A stretch of DNA of 64,000 nucleotides from Laetmonice hystrix (taxonomy: Eukaryota), in the NCBI GenBank assembly GCA_965235115.1, contig OZ249439.1, positions 31,434,001 through 31,498,000 on the forward strand, written 5' to 3'. The position numbers and the translations under genes are program-made. Positions within the stretch are counted from its first letter, which is position 1; each line of letters begins with the position of its first letter. Of the stretch, positions 1 to 13,949 are shown piece by piece. The notes beneath the pieces were generated by a model. The model was given only the letters and a program-made list of their open reading frames with translations. It was not told the origin of the DNA and made no database searches.

Positions 1-2357
1 ACTAACCCCGGGCACTGGTCTGGTCCTGCCCGTGTAGTGAATCACTAACCCCGGCCACTAGTCTGGTCCTGCCCGTGTAGCGAATCACTAACCCCGGGCA
101 CCAGTCCGGTCCTGCCCGTGTAGCGAATCACTAACCCCGGGCACCAGTCCGGTCCTGCCCGTGTAGCGAATCACTAACCCCGGGCACCAGTCCGGTCCTG
201 CCCGTGTAGCGAATCACTAACCCCGGGCACTAGTCTGGTCCTGGCCGTGTAGTGAATCACTAACCCCGGGCACCAGTCTGGTCCTGCCCGTGTAGTGAAT
301 CACTAACCCCGGGCACCAGTCTGGTCCTGCCCGTGTAGTGAATCACTAACCCCGGGCACCAGTCTGGTCCTGCCCGTGTGGTGAATCACTAACCCCGGGC
401 ACCAGTCTGGTCCTGCCCGTGTGGTGAATCACTAACCCCGGCCACTAGTCTGGTCCTGCCCGTGTGGTGAATCACTAACCCCGGGCACTAGTCTGGTCCT
501 GCCCGTGTAGTGAATCACTAACCCCGGGCACTAGTCTGGTCCTGCCCGTGTGGTGAATCACTAACCCCGGGCACTAGTCTGGTCCTGCCCGTGTAGTGAA
601 TCACTAACCCCGGGCACTAGTCTGGTCCTGCCCGTGTAGTGAATCACTAACCCCGGGCACTAGTCTGGTCCTGCCCGTGTAGTGAATCACTAACCCCGGG
701 CACTAGTCTGGTCCTGCCCGTGTAGTGAATCACTAACCCCGGGCACTAGTCTGGTACTGCCCGTGTAGTGAATCACTAACCCCGGCCACTAGTCTGGTCC
801 TGCCCGTGTAGTGAATCACTAACCCCGGCCACTAGTCTGGTCCTGCCCGTGTAGTGAATCACTAACCCCGGGCACTAGTCTGGTCCTGCCCGTGTAGTGA
901 ATCACTAACCCCGGGCACTAGTCTGGTCCTGCCCGTGTAGTGAATCACTAACCCCGGGCACTAGTCTGGTCCTGCCCGTGTAGTGAATCACTAACCCCGG
1001 GCACTAGTCTGGTCCTGCCCGTGTAGTGAATCACTAACCCCGGGCACTAGTCTGGTCCTGCCCGTGTAGTGAATCACTAACCCCGGCCACTAGTCTGGTC
1101 CTGCCCGTGTAGTGAATCACTAACCCCGGGCACTAGTCTGGTCCTGCCCGTGTAGTGAATCACTAACCCCGGCCACTAGTCTGGTCCTGCCCGTGTAGTG
1201 AATCACTAACCCCGGCCACTAGTCTGGTCCTGCCCGTGTAGTGAATCACTAACCCCGGCCACTAGTCTGGTCCTGCCCGTGTAGTGAATCACTAACCCCG
1301 GCCACTAGTCTGGTCCTGCCCGTGTAGTGAATCACTAACCCCGGCCACTAGTCTGGTCCTGCTCGTGTAGTGAATCACTAACCTCGGGCACTAGTCTGGT
1401 CCTGCCCGTGTAGTGAATCACTAACCCCGGGCACTAGTCTGGTCCTGGCCGTGTAGTGAATCACTAACCCCGGGCACCAGTCTGGTCCTGGCCGTGTAGT
1501 GAATCACTAATCCCGGGCACCAGTCTGGTCCTGCCCGTGTAGTGAATCACTAACCCCGGGCACCAATCTGGTCCTGCCCGTGTAGTGAATCACTAACCCC
1601 GGGCACTAGTCTGGTCCTGCCCGTGTAGTGAATCACTAACCCCGGGCACTAGTCTGGTCCTGCCCGTGTAGTGAATCACTAACCCCGGGCACTAGTCTGG
1701 TCCTGCCCGTGTAGTGAATCACTAACCCCGGGCACTAGTCTGGTCCTGCCCGTGTAGTGAATCACTAACCCCGGGCACTAGTCTGGTCCTGCCCGTGTAG
1801 TGAATCACTAACCCCGGGCACTAGTCTGGTCCTGCCCGTGTAGTGAATCACTAACCCCGGGCACTAGTCTGGTCCTGCCCGTGTAGTGAATCACTAACCC
1901 CGGGCACTAGTCTGGTCCTGCCCGTGTAGTGAATCACTAACCCCGGGCACTAGTCTGGTCCTGCCCGTGTAGTAAATCACTAACCCCGGGCACTAGTCTG
2001 GTCCTGCCCGTGTAGTGAATCACTAACCCTGGGCACTAGTCTGGTCCTGCCCGTGTAGTGAATCACTAACCCCGGGCACTAGTCTGGTCCTGCCCGTGTA
2101 GTGAATCACTAACCCCGGGCACTAGTCTGGTCCTGCCCGTGTAGTGAATCACTAACCCCGGGCACTAGTCTGGTCCTGCCCGTGTAGTGAATCACTAACC
2201 CCGGGCACTAGTCTGGTCCTGGCCGTGTAGTGAATCACTAACCCCGGGCACTAGTCTGGTCCTGCCCGTGTAGTGAATCACTAACCCCGGGCACTAGTCT
2301 GGTCCTGCCCGTGTAGTGAATCACTAACCCCGGGCACTAGTCTGGTCCTGCCCGTGT
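1..2357. repeat. Minisatellite/satellite array, 43-bp unit, ~55 copies, truncated by the window edge
   Basis: Unit ACTAACCCCGGGCACTAGTCTGGTCCTGCCCGTGTAGTGAATC repeats head-to-tail (unit starts at 1, 44, ...) with point variants only and no unique spacers. Confidence 0.99.
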
Positions 2358-2812
2358 CAGGAATACTGTTTCTTCTACACCCAATCATCTGTATGCTGAC
2401 GTATTGCTTCCAGCCATTATTCTGAACACGCTACGATCAGGTAGCATTCTGTAATGTTCTGTCCGAGGGATCATCTCCATGGGCGAACAAAGACGTGATA
2501 ATGGATCCATTAACCCTATTTATAAAGCAACATTCATGACTGTCGGTATTATAATTTTTATCATAAAAATAAGCAATACATAAATGTATTGGTTTCGGTA
2601 TTAGTAATAGGGTAATTTACAGATTACTGCGATTGGGGGGGGGGGGGGGGGTATGGGCGACTCCGTGTATGCTTGTTTTAATATTTCCTTTTTATAGAAC
2701 GGGTTGTTGACGTTAGTAAGTAAACAAGGGTAATTAAGTGGGTGGGTAGACTATGCGAGCAACCCTTGGAGGCCGGCCGGATAGGCCAGGTACGATCTGG
2801 TTGCCGGAAAAG

Positions 2813-5800
2813 GGGTTGTGGGGCGGAGGGAGGGGAGGTAGACAGACACAGTCGATCGTCCACTGACTATTATATAACACTGGGTTGTGGGACGCAGGGA
2901 GGGGATGTAGACAGACACAGTCGATCGTCCACTGACTATTATATAACACTGGGTTGTGGGACGGAGGGAGGGGATGTAGACAGACACAGTCGATCGTCCA
3001 CTGACTATTATATAACACTGGGTTGTGGGACGGAGGGAGGGGAGGTAGACAGACACAGTCGATCGTCCACTGGCTATTATATAACACTGGGTTGTGGGGC
3101 GGAGGGAGGGGAGGTAGACAGACACAGTCGATCGTCCACTGACTATTATATAACACTGGGTTGTGGGACGCAGGGAGGGGATGTAGACAGACACAGTCGA
3201 TCGTCCACTAACTATTATATAACACTGGGTTGTGGGACGGAGGGAGGGGAGGTAGACAGACACAGTCGATCGTCCACTGACTATTATATAACACTGGGTT
3301 GTGGGACGGAGGGAGGGGAGGTAGACAGACACAGTCGATCGTCCACTGACTATTATATAACACTGGGTTGTGGGACGCAGGGAGGGGATGTAGACAGACA
3401 CAGTCGATCGTCCACTAACTATTATATAACACTGGGTTGTGGGACGGAGGGAGGGGAGGTAGACAGACACAGTCGATCGTCCACTGACTATTATATAACA
3501 CTGGGTTGTGGGACGGAGGGAGGGGAGGTAGACAGACACAGTCGATCGTCCACTGACTATTATATAACACTGGGTTGTGGGACGGAGGGAGGGGATGTAG
3601 ACAGACACAGTCGATCGTCCACTGACTATTATATAACACTGGGTTGTGGGACGGAGGGAGGGGATGTAGACAGACACAGTCGATCGTCCACTGACTATTA
3701 TATAACACTGGGTTGTGGGACGTAGGGAGGGGAGGTAGACAGACACAGTCGATCGTCCACTGACTATTATATAACACTGGGTTGTGGGACGGAGGGAGGG
3801 GAGGTAGACAGACACAGTCGATCGTCCACTGACTATTATATAACACTGGGTTGTGGGACGGAGGGAGGGGATGTAGACAGACACAGTCGATCGTCCACTG
3901 ACTATTATATAACACTGGGTTGTGGGACGTAGGGAGGGGAGGTAGACAGACACAGTCGACCGTTCACTGACTATTATATAACACTGGGTTGTGGGACGGA
4001 GGGGGGGAGGTAGACAGACACAGTCGATCGTCCACTGACTATTATATAACACTGGGTTGTGGGACGGAGGGAGGGGAGGTAGACAGACACAGTCGATCGT
4101 CCACTGACTATTATATAACACTGGGTTGTGGGACGGAGGGAGGGGAGGTAGACAGACACAGTCGATCGTCCACTGACTATTATATAACACTGGGTTGTGG
4201 GACGGAGGGAGGGGAGGTAGACAGACACAGTCGATCGTCCACTGACTATTATATAACACTGGGTTGTGGGACGGAGGGAGGGGAGGTAGACAGACACAGT
4301 CGATCGTCCACTGACTATTATATAACACTGGGTTGTGGGACGCAGGGAGGGGAGGTAGACAGACACAGTCGACCGTCCACTGACTATTATATAACACTGG
4401 GTTGTGGGGCGGAGGGAGGGGAGGTAGACAGACACAGTCGATCGTCCACTGACTATTATTTAACACTGGGTTGTGGGACGGAGGGAGGCGAGGTAGACAG
4501 ACACAGTCGATCGTCCACTGACTATTACATAACACTGGGTTGCGGGACGGAGGAAGGGGATGTAGACAGACACAGTCGATCGTCCACTAACTATTATATA
4601 ACACTGGGTTGTGGGACGGAGGGAGGGGAGGTAGACAGACACAGTCGATCGTCCACTGACTATTATATAACACTGGGTTGTGGGACGGAGGGAGGGGAGG
4701 TAGACAGACACAGTCGATCGTCCACTGACTATTATATAACACTGGGTTGTGGGACGGAGGGAGGGGATGTAGACAGACACAGTCGATCGTCCACTGACTA
4801 TTATATAACACTGGGTTGTGGGACGGAGGGAGGGGATGTAGACAGACACAGTCGATCGTCCACTGACTATTATATAACACTGGGTTGTGGGACGTAGGGA
4901 GGGGAGGTAGACAGACACAGTCGATCGTCCACTGACTATTATATAACACTGGGTTGTGGGACGGAGGAAGGGGAGGTAGACAGACACAGTCGATCGTCCA
5001 CTGACTATTATATAACACTGGGTTGTGGGACGCAGGGAGGGGAGGTAGACAGACACAGTCGATCGTCCACTGACTATTATATAACACTGGGTTGTGGGAC
5101 GGAGGGAGGGGAGGTAGACAGACACAGTCGACCGTCCACTGACTATTATATAACACTGGGTTGTGGGACGGAGGGAGGGGAGGTAGACAGACACAGTCGA
5201 CCGTCCACTGACTATTATATAACACTGGGTTGTGGGACGGAGGGAGGGGAGGTAGACAAACACAGTCGATCGTCCACTGACTATTATATAACACTGGGTT
5301 GTGGGACGGAGGGAGGGGAGGTAGACAGACACAGTCGATCGTCCACTGACTATTATATAACACTGGGTTGTGGGACGGAGGGAGGGGAGGTAGACAGACA
5401 CAGTCGATCGTCCACTGACTATTATATAACACTGGGTTGTGGGACGGAGGGAGGGGATGTAGACAGACACAGTCGATCGTCCACTGACTATTATATAACA
5501 CTGGGTTGTGGGACGTAGGGAGGGGAGGTAGACAGACACAGTCGACCGTTCACTGACTATTATATAACACTGGGTTGTGGGACGGAGGGGGGGAGGTAGA
5601 CAGACACAGTCGATCGTCCACTGACTATTATATAACACTGGGTTGTGGGACGGAGGGAGGGGAGGTAGACAGACACAGTCGATCGTCCACTGACTATTAT
5701 ATAACACTGGGTTGTGGGACGGAGGGAGGGGAGGTAGACAGACACAGTCGATCGTCCACTGACTATTATATAACACTGGGTTGTGGGACGGAGGGAGGGG

Positions 5801-7323
5801 AGGTAGACAGACACAGTCGATCGTCCACTGACTATTATATAACACTGGGTTGTGGGACGGAGGGAGGGGAGGTAGACAGACACAGTCGATCGTCCACTGA
5901 CTATTATATAACACTGGGTTGTGGGACGCAGGGAGGGGAGGTAGACAGACACAGTCGACCGTCCACTGACTATTATATAACACTGGGTTGTGGGGCGGAG
6001 GGAGGGGAGGTAGACAGACACAGTCGATCGTCCACTGACTATTATTTAACACTGGGTTGTGGGACGGAGGGAGGCGAGGTAGACAGACACAGTCGATCGT
6101 CCACTGACTATTACATAACACTGGGTTGCGGGACGGAGGAAGGGGATGTAGACAGACACAGTCGATCGTCCACTGACTATTATATAACACTGGGTTGTGG
6201 GACGGAGGGAGGGGAGGTAGACAGACACAGTCGATCGTCCACTGACTATTATATAACACTGGGTTGTGGGACGGAGGGAGGGGATGTAGACAGACACAGT
6301 CGACCGTCCACTGACTATTATATAACACTGGGTTGTGGGACGGAGGGAGGGGATGTAGACAGACACAGTCGACCGTCCACTGACTATTATATAACACTGG
6401 GTTGTGGGACGGAGGGAGGGGAGGTAGACAGACACAGTCGAAGGTCCACTGACTATTATATAACACTGGGTTGTGGGCCGGAGGGAGGGGAGGTAGACAG
6501 ACACAGTCGAAGGTCCACTGACAATTATATAACACTGGGTTGTGGGCCGGAGGGAGGGGAGGTAGACAGACACAGTCGAAGGTCCACTGACAATTATATA
6601 ACACTGGGTTGTGGGACGGAGGGAGGGGAGGTAGACAGACACAGTCGATCGTCCACTGACTATTATATAACACTGGGTTGTGGGACGGAGGGAGGGGAGG
6701 TAGACAGACACAGTCGATCGTCCACTGACTATTATATAACACTGGGTTGTGGGACGGAGGGAGGGGAGGTAGACAGACACAGTCGACCGTCCACTGACTA
6801 TTATATAACACTGGGTTGTGGGACGGAGGGAGGGGAGGTAGACAGACACAGTCGACCGTCCACTGACTATTATATAACACTGGGTAGTGGGACGGAGGGA
6901 GGGGAGGTAGACAGACACAGTCGATCGTCCACTGACTATTATATAACACTGGGTTGTGGGACGGAGGGAGGGGAGGTAGACAGACACAGTCGATCGTTCA
7001 CTGACTATTATATAACACTGGGTTGTGGGACGCAGGGAGGGGATGTAGACAGACACAGTCGACCGTCCACTGACTATTATATAACACTGGGTTGTGGGAC
7101 GGAGGGAGGGGAGGTAGACAGACACAGTCGATCGTCCACTGACTATTATATAACACTGGGTTGTGGGACGGAGGGAAGGGAGGTAGACAGACAGTGTCGA
7201 TCGTCCACTGACTATTATATAACACTGGGTTGTGGGACGGAGGGAAGGGAGGTAGACAGACAGTGTCGATCGTCCACTGACTATTATATAACACTGGGTT
7301 GTGGGACGGAGGGAGGGGAGGTA
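2813..7323. repeat. G-rich minisatellite array, 69-bp unit, ~65 copies
   Basis: Unit GGGTTGTGGGACGGAGGGAGGGGAGGTAGACAGACACAGTCGATCGTCCACTGACTATTATATAACACT in tandem. It explains all the 23-aa-periodic ORFs at 2734-7368. Confidence 0.99.
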
Positions 7324-7869
7324 AAAAGGGTAATATAGTCCACCGTTAGATGTTATCCTTTCCCTCACTATTGTTAGAATTCGGTGAATATCTAAAATCG
7401 CTGACGAACACCCCTACAACCACCACCCGACCACCTCGACCGGTAGCCAGCCAGACTCGCGGGGGTCATGCATGTTGCAACTAATCTTGCGATGCGTCAC
7501 GTCGGCCCCATAAGTTTGCCTTGTAATAAGGAGTTCTGGGCCAGTGCTGGGCCCGTCGGTAATAAACCAGGCTCGGGGTTCATGTTGAAATCTGGCGCAG
7601 CGGCTGGCCAAGCAGGTCCCGGGTTTAGCCCTGTTCATATTTCATGACCGTGTGTTGTTAGTGAGTCATGGGCACCCCGAGACAACGGCTTGAACTGTAA
7701 CTACGTCCTTATTATTTGGCCGGTCCAGGATCGAGCCAGACCTGCGAGGGGTCAAGCACTATTCCAGTATACCCCTTCTCCCCACAAACCCTTCCATTAC
7801 AATTACCATACATGCACATTAACCCGAGTCTATTTATAATGTCTGGGCCTCCAGGTACGTCGCTATCTC

Positions 7870-8103
7870 CAGTATGCCCCCCCCCAAAAAAAATAATGAT
7901 AGTCTGTGTTCCATTGTCAAAAAGAGATACTGGTTGTGATCAGTAATGCGTGACCCTGTCAACACCAAACTTGCTGAGAGTTATCTAGGGGGATCAAACT
8001 TTATGTTCAACTTCAACTTCAAAATTCAAAATTCGACAATCCTCTAAAATATCTAAGTGTATTGCACACCTAAAGTTAGACTATCATTTTTTTGGACATA
8101 TAG
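7870..8103. mobile_element. Tc1/mariner-type MITE family A, copy 1 (eroded ends)
   Basis: Same ~230-bp sequence as 12093, 20258 and 41721. Ends read CAGTATGCCC..AAAATAATGATAGTCT / AGACTATCATTTTTTTGGACATATAG, and the TA TSD is no longer intact. Confidence 0.9.
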
Positions 8104-9819
8104 GCTTGGTTTGAGGGAAATCCATACAGCTAAGGTATACTATATTGTGCAGGTATTGCGCGCTAGCACACATGCCTTATCCACACAGGACATAGACCCT
8201 TATGTGATATGTAAACAGTGATCAATTAGTCTTATTGACGATCACACTGTAGAAAATCAATGCAATATTGGTATGTCCCTTTGCAGGATACAATGCTGTA
8301 TCAGCTTTCTGCATCAACTATATTTGCATTACTGGTAACGCAGATTATTCCAAGTACAATTGTTCATTCAAACAACTGTTGCTGGTGACGTGTTGCTCTC
8401 GTGGTTGTCCGTGCATGCAATCATGACATCAATACTGGAAGTTTTGACGTTCATTAGAAGCATTCCAGCGTCCAGAAAGGTTTCCCTATAGCTCCACAAA
8501 CAGATCTCTGTATATAACATGAACAGCCCACGTATAAATTATATAAATTTCAGGTGGGCGAGGTCAACAGTTTTCTTCTCGTCCTATCTCATGCGCCAAA
8601 TATCGTAAAAGTGGGCACTTCTGTATGACACGCGGCACGTTTCCAAAAGTAGTTACCTTAACAATATCGTATTGTCTGTGGACATGTCCCTTTACTGGTA
8701 CAAGTAGTATCCATGTCTTGGTCACGGCGACCATTGTAATAACTTAGAATGACACCTGGGCCTTTGTTATAGTAAACCAATACCGAAATATAACCATCTA
8801 TACTGTCATTACTTAAAAATGGCCATAACCATTGTGCGTTCGATAATAACATTTTAAACGGGGCTGCAATCTTCCTATTCAACATCCATAATCTATTCGA
8901 CAGCCCACATAGAAATCAAATGTTCACAAGTTCTGAGATTGTTTAATCATGTGAACTGCGTCGTATAAAACTCCGATAGAATGATGAGAAATATTGAGCC
9001 TACACTTTGTCTGATACTTATACAATTTATACGTGTGTGCTCATTACAGGACATGTACATGAAAATACATGTATAAACTGCGCTACGTGTTTCTAGCAAC
9101 CTTTGCGTTATGTCCACGGTAAATCGATAAGTCTACGTGCCGGGAAACCATCCCAATGGGGGATAAAATTGAAATATCTCCATGAGAGCATGAAAAACGG
9201 CCGCAAGGCACCCGCTAAAATCCATGAACCGAATTTCCATTCCATTTCGCCAAAACGTATATCTGCATGCTGCATTTCATTCAGATCGATTCTTATTATA
9301 ACATAAAAATACGGCGGGCATATCGCATTAATGCATTCAATTAAAACATTCCCAAACTGAAAGAAAATAATGCCAGCCAGTCGATTGTCAACTTGCGCGC
9401 GCAATCCGATGGGATTCTACATGCTGCAATAAATAAAAAGGTTACAGCAACAATTCCTTGGATTGGCTATTGCCCCAAGGCACAATAATTCACTGGTCGT
9501 GCCCCCCCCCTTCTCCCTCCTCCCTAAGATCAGCATGGCAGAATCTTCCTCTAAGAGAACTTCTATTGACCTCAAGCGCACGTCCACCCGTAAAGAACAA
9601 AATGTGAAGAATTCTGATTCACTGGGACTATAACATTCCAATGACAAAACCCCCCTGCTGTCAACGAGAGATTTCCCGTACTATTTTCTCGCGGAAATTG
9701 ATGGATAATGCTCACCTTTAATAAAGACGGACCACACGAGCAGCAGAACGCATCGCAACAGTATCTCCATCTTAATCTCAGTGCCGACCCCGCTCATTGT
9801 CGTCTGCTACCGTTCGCGC

Positions 9820-10340
9820 CTTTTTCTCTGAGAGCCCGGATGTGGAGGCGGACGGTGAAGCTGATGAACAACACTCCATTGGCTGGACAGGCGACACCAT
9901 TAACGCAAGACTATTCACTGGTGTCCTATCTGGAAGCAGTAGTAGAAAGGCATGAGACTGGGTGGAGGTCGACGCAATCCTAGGGGTGTGTGGAGGGAGG
10001 GTGAATCCATACAACAACTGGAAGAGTGGGGAGGGGGGCGAGCTGCCATTGATCAGTATCGACAGACCCTCAGGGCCAGTGAGCAAGCTACAGAGGGATG
10101 ACGACGCCGGGGATGGGGTCCTACTGTTCCAGCGTTAAGCTACCAACCAGTATATGGCCCTGGGGGAGGCATGGCGATAAAAGTAGCATTGTATATTCAC
10201 ATTTACATAGAGCAACAGCTCATTTATACACGATTCAGGCATCGGAGCGGTTGGGGACCGTGACAGAATGCACCAGTCAGAACCCTTTCAAAGTAGACCC
10301 TCTCCAAGGCTCGCAGGAAATGGCAGCGGGTTTGGCCGAC
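9820..10340 (+). pseudogene. Possible very decayed Ty3/Gypsy gag-like remnant
   Basis: By-eye translation with stops and frameshifts: IGWTGDTINARLFTGVLSG..KA*DWVEVDAILG..YNNWKSGEGGE..QEMAAGLAD loosely follows the gag pattern W..A.L..L.GKA..Y..AIL..Y..FR..GE..AELAD. Not verified by any search. Confidence 0.2.
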
Positions 10341-12092
10341 CTGCCCAAATTATGCTGCAACTCGAATCAAAATGAATATGTTATAATATGAACGCGTTAC
10401 AAATCCTGAAAACGATGTCCTGTGGGTAGAAGTACCTGGAAATGCGATTGAAGTCCAAACGTTTTAAGGTACGATCTTAGGTCCCGTATAGGAAACATGT
10501 ATTGTAAGTTGCTCGTGTGGCTTCCACAATGCAATGTTCAAAGTTCCCCACGACAGTCACCATTCCTTGTCCTGTCATAATAGACCTTCATAACGATTGA
10601 ATAACAATCTATTACCTTTTCGTACAGTTTATCAGCAGCACAGACCTGGAAATGTGTGAGAAATATCCATGACGTTTCTTGGATGATCGAGGTAACATCA
10701 AACATGACGGCTCGCCTCCGTTCGTAGCAAACTCCGTGAACAATGTTAACCATCTGACATGAAATCACTGGTCAGACACAGGCGTGGGCAGACTGCCGCG
10801 CTTGTTTGAACGAATACGAGGAGGAGCTAACAGTAGAGTGCATGCAACAACTGACAAGAGGCGACGTAACACCTACAGAAGCACTCGAGGCGTCGCACTA
10901 GTCGTCACAGTTCTGGCGGAGCTCTAGTTCTAGATTTCCACTAGACTATTCTTGTTACAGAAACACTGGTTACGGTCTCTGGCCACTAGGGAGCTGTCTC
11001 AGCGATATGGAAGCATGCAGTCTCTATGCTTCAACGTGATTTTATAAGCTATATATAGGGGACGATTCAGCATACGACTAGACACAATCTGAGGCTATTT
11101 GAGGCACTTCAAAAACCAGTGCCTCAATACCGCCTGGATGAAGCACTCGTACTTTTCAAACCTTGATTCAAAGTTAAACAAGGGCAAAGATATGATTCAG
11201 CAAAATTTACTAACTTCCCTGCCACCCCTGTTCCTTCCAGTTCTACAAGAGAGCCGACCTCCTTGGTTTCCAAGTCTGACCTGTTTTTTATACCAAGAAT
11301 GACAAATATAATGATGCCCTAAGAGGACTGTTAAGAAATCCAGTAACCCCTTAGACGTTTTCCCTTGCGATGATAACATCATTACCGCCCGTCTGGTCTT
11401 GTTACGAAGCGTATATATCATGCCATGAAAGATGCATGCCGGGAATTGTTATAGACTCGTAGCGTGGTGATGGTGCAGTGTTTACCTAAGCTCCCGGGTA
11501 CCCACGCCACCGACCTATCTGATCTGCACTATGACCATTATGATATCTACAGGCAAGGGCGCGGCTTCTCCCGGCCGCCTCCAGAGGCCTATAACGACTT
11601 CTCCATGACTTCGCCATTCAATCTGGACTGATTCCGTCGAAGCCCAGGGGGCTTTCTGCTTTAGTAGAACGCCTTCTGATGTAACTGAACAGCCCAGAAG
11701 AGATTCTCCTAATAAAAGACCTCCATTGCTTTGTGTGGATTTTGGTATTAAGTGATGAAACAGAATAGGATTTTTTCTTGAGTAAATCACCGTGAAAGAC
11801 GTATTGCTGAGGTATCTGAGATAAAACTAGTAAAGTAAAAGGATTCGGTCGGGGTTTCACTACAGCGTCCATGGTATAACGTCTTAGCACTTGCCATTAT
11901 GTATATTCACAGCTTCGTCTTAACAAATCACTCCTTGTCACAGGTTCGGTTAATGAGACATTTTTTATAGATGGTGTCCACGTGTTAAACAGTGTCTCCT
12001 TGAATTTCAAATAATACATGACCTTTCAACAACAATAATTATGTCCATATTCTCAGATATCATCCCTAGCGCCTTAACCTTTCTATACACTA

Positions 12093-12328
12093 CAGTATGT
12101 CCCCCCCCCCCCAAAAAAAAATGATAGTCTGTGTTCCATTGTCAAAAAGAGATACTGGTTGTGATCAGTAATGCGTGACCCTGTCAACACCAAACTTACT
12201 GAGAGTTATCCAGGGGGATCAAAGTTTATGTTCAACTTCAACTTCAAAATTCAAAATTCCCCAATCCTCTAATATATCTAAGTGTATTGCACACCTAAAG
12301 TTAGACTATCATTTTTTGGGACATACTG
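12093..12328. mobile_element. Tc1/mariner-type MITE family A, copy 2
   Basis: TA|CAGTATGTCCC...AAAATGATAGTCT ... AGACTATCATTTTTTGGGACATACTG|TA: terminal inverted repeats plus TA target duplication. Confidence 0.95.
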
Positions 12329-12784
12329 TATCAGGGTTATAAAAGTCGCCAAAAATCACCTGATGCCAAGATAACTGTATCTGACCCGTTCCCACGTATA
12401 GAGATATTTTTTTGCGTTTCCTTCACAACCAAAAAGAATATTACTGCTATTTAACGCATAGCATGTGTCAGAATCAATGTGATAAGCATTCACTGCCATA
12501 AAGTACGTTAATTCGGCGCACGATTTCGTTTTGACTGCATAGTTAATGAGGACTGTGACTACACCCCTCCCCCTCCCGACCTCCTCTCCGCCCCGTGGAG
12601 CATACATGACTTGGCACCGTAGCCTTATTACCCCACATGTTAGTGCATAACACTAGAAGGTAACCTTCCGCGGGCCTCACTACTCACGCGTTATACAAAC
12701 ACATGGTAAGTTTCCACGACCATGGCGCCCTCGACACAACTAAACGCATTTTGACTTGTTTGAGGTAGTGGATGGTTGATGGCG

Positions 12785-12786
<2 letters not shown>

Positions 12787-12828
<42 letters not shown>

Positions 12829-12867
12829 AAGAGAGAGACAGAGACAGAGAGAGAGAGAGAGAGAGAG
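12787..12867. repeat. (GA)n microsatellite
   Basis: About 40 GA dinucleotides with GAAA/GACA interruptions. Confidence 0.97.
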
Positions 12868-13949
12868 ATTCCTGCCTCATTGTTGCGACCTCCGTGGGTG
12901 TTCTGACAGAAGTCCACAATATAAATGAGGGTGGTGAAGAGAAGGTCCTAGCCTTTGTCTGAGTCCCAGATCACTGCGCACAATGTGCCTTGAATAAACA
13001 GCATTCGGCCCGCTGATCGGATTGGCCCTCAATCGATAGACAAAGCCCAATTGATCTAATGCCGTGATACGAAATAGATGCTAAGTAGATGTTCCAGATA
13101 CGAGTAGGACTTATATAAAATAAGAAACTCATTTCGTCCTAATCGCCTGTACAAGGGATTATGCACATTATAAACGTCTTATTCGAAACACAATTATGTG
13201 GAAGAAAAGCAGCCAAGCCATATAACGAACCATGCCAGGCCGATCAGGTTTCTCACTGATTATGATTATGATTCGGGTTTCCCACTGATTATGATTAAGA
13301 GTAACTCCGAACAGAGAAAACATGAGCTGTTGATCATTGAAGGGGCTTGTATTTCTGGGAAATTAAATCCTGCTACGAAACGAAACAGATACATACATCC
13401 TTTCTTTGATGACCCAGCATTTTGTTTTCCTCCCATTGAAACCTAAGTTAGATAGAAGAGGTCAGTTTCTCTCTCTGTGTCTTTTTTTTCAATCAGAACA
13501 TTGTTTCATGTGTTGCGTTCATAGAAGCCGGCAGCAACATGAGTTGTTAGAAGACCCATGGTGACAGATGTAAACGAGCAGGGTGACATCGATATTCCGC
13601 CAGTTAGGACCATCGTTCAATTTTACGTTAATTCATAATGCAAACACGAACGCAGGCTTCGCCGTTCGATCGGTCAACGGCGCGTAGGTCTCTGTTCTCC
13701 GCGGCGCTGGACAACCAGGGCCGACAAGTGATATAGTGCTTGCCATCTACTATAACAGTCATTTCATCAGTATGTACCATTCGTCTTCGGCCGTATAGGG
13801 CAGTGCTGGAGGGACCCTGCCCCTGAGGAATGATGGATTCCAATATGAACATTGCTGTAGTACATGGGACGTCGAATTATTGCCCTTACCCTAGTCCGGG
13901 AAGCAGGAGACAGCATATGTTTGGCCAGGGCTAGAGGCTCGGTTGGACA

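Noticed and set aside
2734-7368. Long ORFs (up to 829 aa) of 23-aa repeats on both strands
   Set aside because: They arise because the 69-bp unit is a multiple of 3. Single-base variants (ACG TAG) and a 1-bp deletion repeatedly break the frames, and three frames are open equally, so there is no sign of coding constraint.
11456-11510. tRNA/SINE A-box-like TAGCGTGGTG
   Set aside because: No B-box (GTTCRANNC) and no cloverleaf.
11520-11720. Minus-strand ESPLGFDGISP / IEWRS..VV resembling a LINE RT linker
   Set aside because: Only two short motifs in different frames; indistinguishable from chance without a search.
12700-12711. ACACATG|GTAAGT, an ATG-only first exon as in alpha-tubulin genes
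   Set aside because: No matching downstream coding exon was found in the window.
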